From an uncultured Actinomycetota bacterium (GTDB lineage: Bacteria > Actinomycetota > Actinomycetes > Mycobacteriales > Mycobacteriaceae): DNA of 64,000 bases. A program made the translations under genes and the position numbers. Positions 62,260 to 64,000 of the stretch are shown here, one piece after another. The notes under the pieces are model-generated. The model worked only from the letters and a program-made list of their open reading frames with translations. It did not search any database and was not told the DNA's origin. The stretch spans positions 30,053 through 94,052 of the forward strand of contig CAWHML010000007.1 in NCBI GenBank assembly GCA_963830605.1. The letters run 5' to 3'. Numbering within the stretch: the stretch's first letter is position 1; the number at the start of each line of letters is the position of its first letter.

Positions 62260-63756
62260 TTGTCTACTCTCGGTGACCTGCTCGCCGAACACACCATGTT
62301 GCCGGGCGACGCCGTCGAGCACCTGCATGCCGTGGTCGGGGAGTGGCAATTGCTGGCCGATCTTTCGTTCGCCGACTACCTGATGTGGGTGCGCCGCGAC
62401 GACGGCGCGCTGGTCTGTGTCGCGCAGTGCCGGCCGAATACGGCGCCGACTGCTCTGCTCGGGGACCCGGTCGGCACCGTCTGCTCCACTGGGCGGGTGC
62501 CGCTGGTCGCTGCGGCGTTTGATTCAGGCGCGATCGGGCGGGACAGCGAACGACTAGAACACGGTTCGAACCGCGCACACGCCCATGTGGAAGCCGTGCC
62601 GGTGCGGTTCGGCGACCGTGTGGTGGCCGTACTGACTCACCAAACGGCGCTCGAAGCGCATCGCAAGTTGAGTTCGCTGGAAACCGCCTACCTCGGCTGC
62701 GCCGCAGACCTCGTCCACATGCTGTCCGAAGGGACCTTTCCTAACGTCGGCGACGTGGCGATGTCGCGCTCCAGTCCGCGCGCCGGTGACGGCTTCATCC
62801 GCTTGGACGGCGCTGGTGTGGTGGCCTACGCGAGCCCGAACGCGGTGTCGGCTTACCACCGGATGGGCCTGACCTCGGAACTGGCCGGCCACAACTTGAT
62901 TGAGGTCACGCGTCCGCTCATCTCGGATCCCTTCGATGCACAGGAATTGGCCGAACACGTCTGCGACTCACTGACGGGCGGTTCGAGCATGCGAATGGAG
63001 GTCGATGCAGGTGGTGCGGCGGTCCTGCTGAGGACCCTGCCGCTGGTGGTCGACGGCCGTGCCGCTGGGGCTGCGGTGCTGGTCCGCGACGTGACCGAGG
63101 TCAAGCGCCGAGATCGTGCGCTGATGTCCAAGGACGCGACGATCCGCGAGATCCATCACCGCGTCAAGAACAATCTGCAGACAGTGGCGGCGCTGCTGCG
63201 GTTGCAGGCCCGCCGGACCGTCAACGTGGAGGGACGGGAGGCGTTGATCGAGTCGGTGCGCCGGGTGTCGTCCATCGCGCTGGTACACGACGCGCTGTCG
63301 ATGTCGGTCAACGAGGAGGTCAACCTCGACGAGGTCATCGACCGGATTCTGCCGATCATGAACGACGTGGCCACAGTCGACACCCCGATTCGGATCAACC
63401 GCGTCGGGACCCTCGGCGTGCTCGACTCCGACCGCGCCACGGCGTTGATCATGGTGATCACCGAACTGGTGCAGAACGCGATCGAGCACGCGTTCGATCC
63501 GGCATCCGGGCAAGGCTGTGTGACGATCCGCGCCGAACGGTCGGCGCGCTGGCTCGACGTGGTCGTCCACGACGACGGCCGCGGGTTACCGGAAGGATTC
63601 AGTCTCGACGCGTCCGATCGGCTGGGCCTTCAGATTGTGCGGACTCTGGTGTCGGCAGAGCTGGACGGATCGCTGCGCATGCAAGATGCCCCCGCTGGTG
63701 GGACCGACGTGGTGCTGCGAGTGCCGATCGGTCGGCGCGCCCGCCTGGCGCAATAG
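62260..63756 (+). CDS. pdtaS: Cytoplasmic sensor histidine kinase PdtaS (GAF-PAS-HWE/HisKA_2)
   Basis: WQLLADLSFADYLMWV, EIHHRVKNNLQ, ELVQNAIEHA and DDGRGLP. Confidence 0.95.
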   Translation: MSTLGDLLAEHTMLPGDAVEHLHAVVGEWQLLADLSFADYLMWVRRDDGALVCVAQCRPNTAPTALLGDPVGTVCSTGRVPLVAAAFDSGAIGRDSERLEHGSNRAHAHVEAVPVRFGDRVVAVLTHQTALEAHRKLSSLETAYLGCAADLVHMLSEGTFPNVGDVAMSRSSPRAGDGFIRLDGAGVVAYASPNAVSAYHRMGLTSELAGHNLIEVTRPLISDPFDAQELAEHVCDSLTGGSSMRMEVDAGGAAVLLRTLPLVVDGRAAGAAVLVRDVTEVKRRDRALMSKDATIREIHHRVKNNLQTVAALLRLQARRTVNVEGREALIESVRRVSSIALVHDALSMSVNEEVNLDEVIDRILPIMNDVATVDTPIRINRVGTLGVLDSDRATALIMVITELVQNAIEHAFDPASGQGCVTIRAERSARWLDVVVHDDGRGLPEGFSLDASDRLGLQIVRTLVSAELDGSLRMQDAPAGGTDVVLRVPIGRRARLAQ

Positions 63757-63779
63757 CGCGCATTCAGGCCGTTACGCGG

Positions 63780-63812
63780 TTGCGGCCCCGACATTAGTTG
63801 TCGGGGCCGCAA
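63780..63812. terminator. Bidirectional intrinsic terminator between convergent pdtaS and whiB1
   Basis: 13-bp perfect stem TTGCGGCCCCGAC / GTCGGGGCCGCAA with a 7-nt loop. Confidence 0.85.
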
Positions 63813-63828
63813 TCCTCGCTAGATGCTG

Positions 63829-64000
63829 TCAGACTCCGGAGCGAGCTTTCGTCCGGGCGTTGCGGCGCTTGAGCGCGCGCCGCTCGTCTTCGCTCATTCC
63901 GCCCCACACGCCGGAGTCCTGGCCGGTGTTCAGCGCCCAGGCGAGGCACTCCGTGGTCACCGGGCAGCGGTTACAGACCAGTTTCGCGTCGGCAATCTGG
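63829..64000 (-). CDS. whiB1: WhiB1 (3' part; 5' end outside the window)
   Basis: Read by hand: QIADAKLVCNRCPVTTECLAWALNTGQDSGVWGGMSEDERRALKRRNARTKARSGV*. Confidence 0.95.
   Translation of the reverse strand, partial: QIADAKLVCNRCPVTTECLAWALNTGQDSGVWGGMSEDERRALKRRNARTKARSGV

Noticed and set aside
1-64000. IS elements, integrases, tRNA or rRNA genes
   Set aside because: No transposase or recombinase motifs, terminal inverted repeats with target duplications, or tRNA/rRNA signatures were recognised

Overview
High-GC (~66%) Mycobacterium chromosome segment. It is collinear with the M. tuberculosis H37Rv Rv3271c-Rv3219 region: ctpC/PacL1, lcp-rmlD-wbbL-manB, fbiAB, whiB2, pmmA-manA, alkB-rubAB-TetR, sahH, tmk, mtrAB-lpqB, hpf, secA1, tgs3, desA3, rsgA-aroA, sigH-rshA, bL37, TB7.3, pdtaS and whiB1. 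Orthology calls come from recalled protein sequences and synteny, not database searches. Accessory DNA interrupts this backbone in five places. (1) 1-4.5 kb: a frameshifted TPP enzyme, a PAS-ANTAR protein, a methyltransferase and two orphan ORFs in a low-GC patch. (2) 5.2-6.2 kb: a divergent Rv3707c-like DUF4185/GH183 candidate endo-D-arabinanase, near the arabinogalactan-linker genes. (3) 18.6-22.4 kb: an amidohydrolase / Rieske oxygenase / TetR module with a perfect operator palindrome. (4) 50.1-55.6 kb: a VapBC-type TA pair flanked by REP-like palindromes, then LLM oxidoreductase, SRPBCC, two Gfo/Idh/MocA genes and a methyltransferase. (5) ~61 kb: a secreted Pro/Gly/Gln protein with an exact 87-bp tandem repeat. 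A TACG-N4-CGTA palindrome occurs three times upstream of the desA3 desaturase and its reductase. No CRISPR array, rRNA, tRNA or transposase was recognised.
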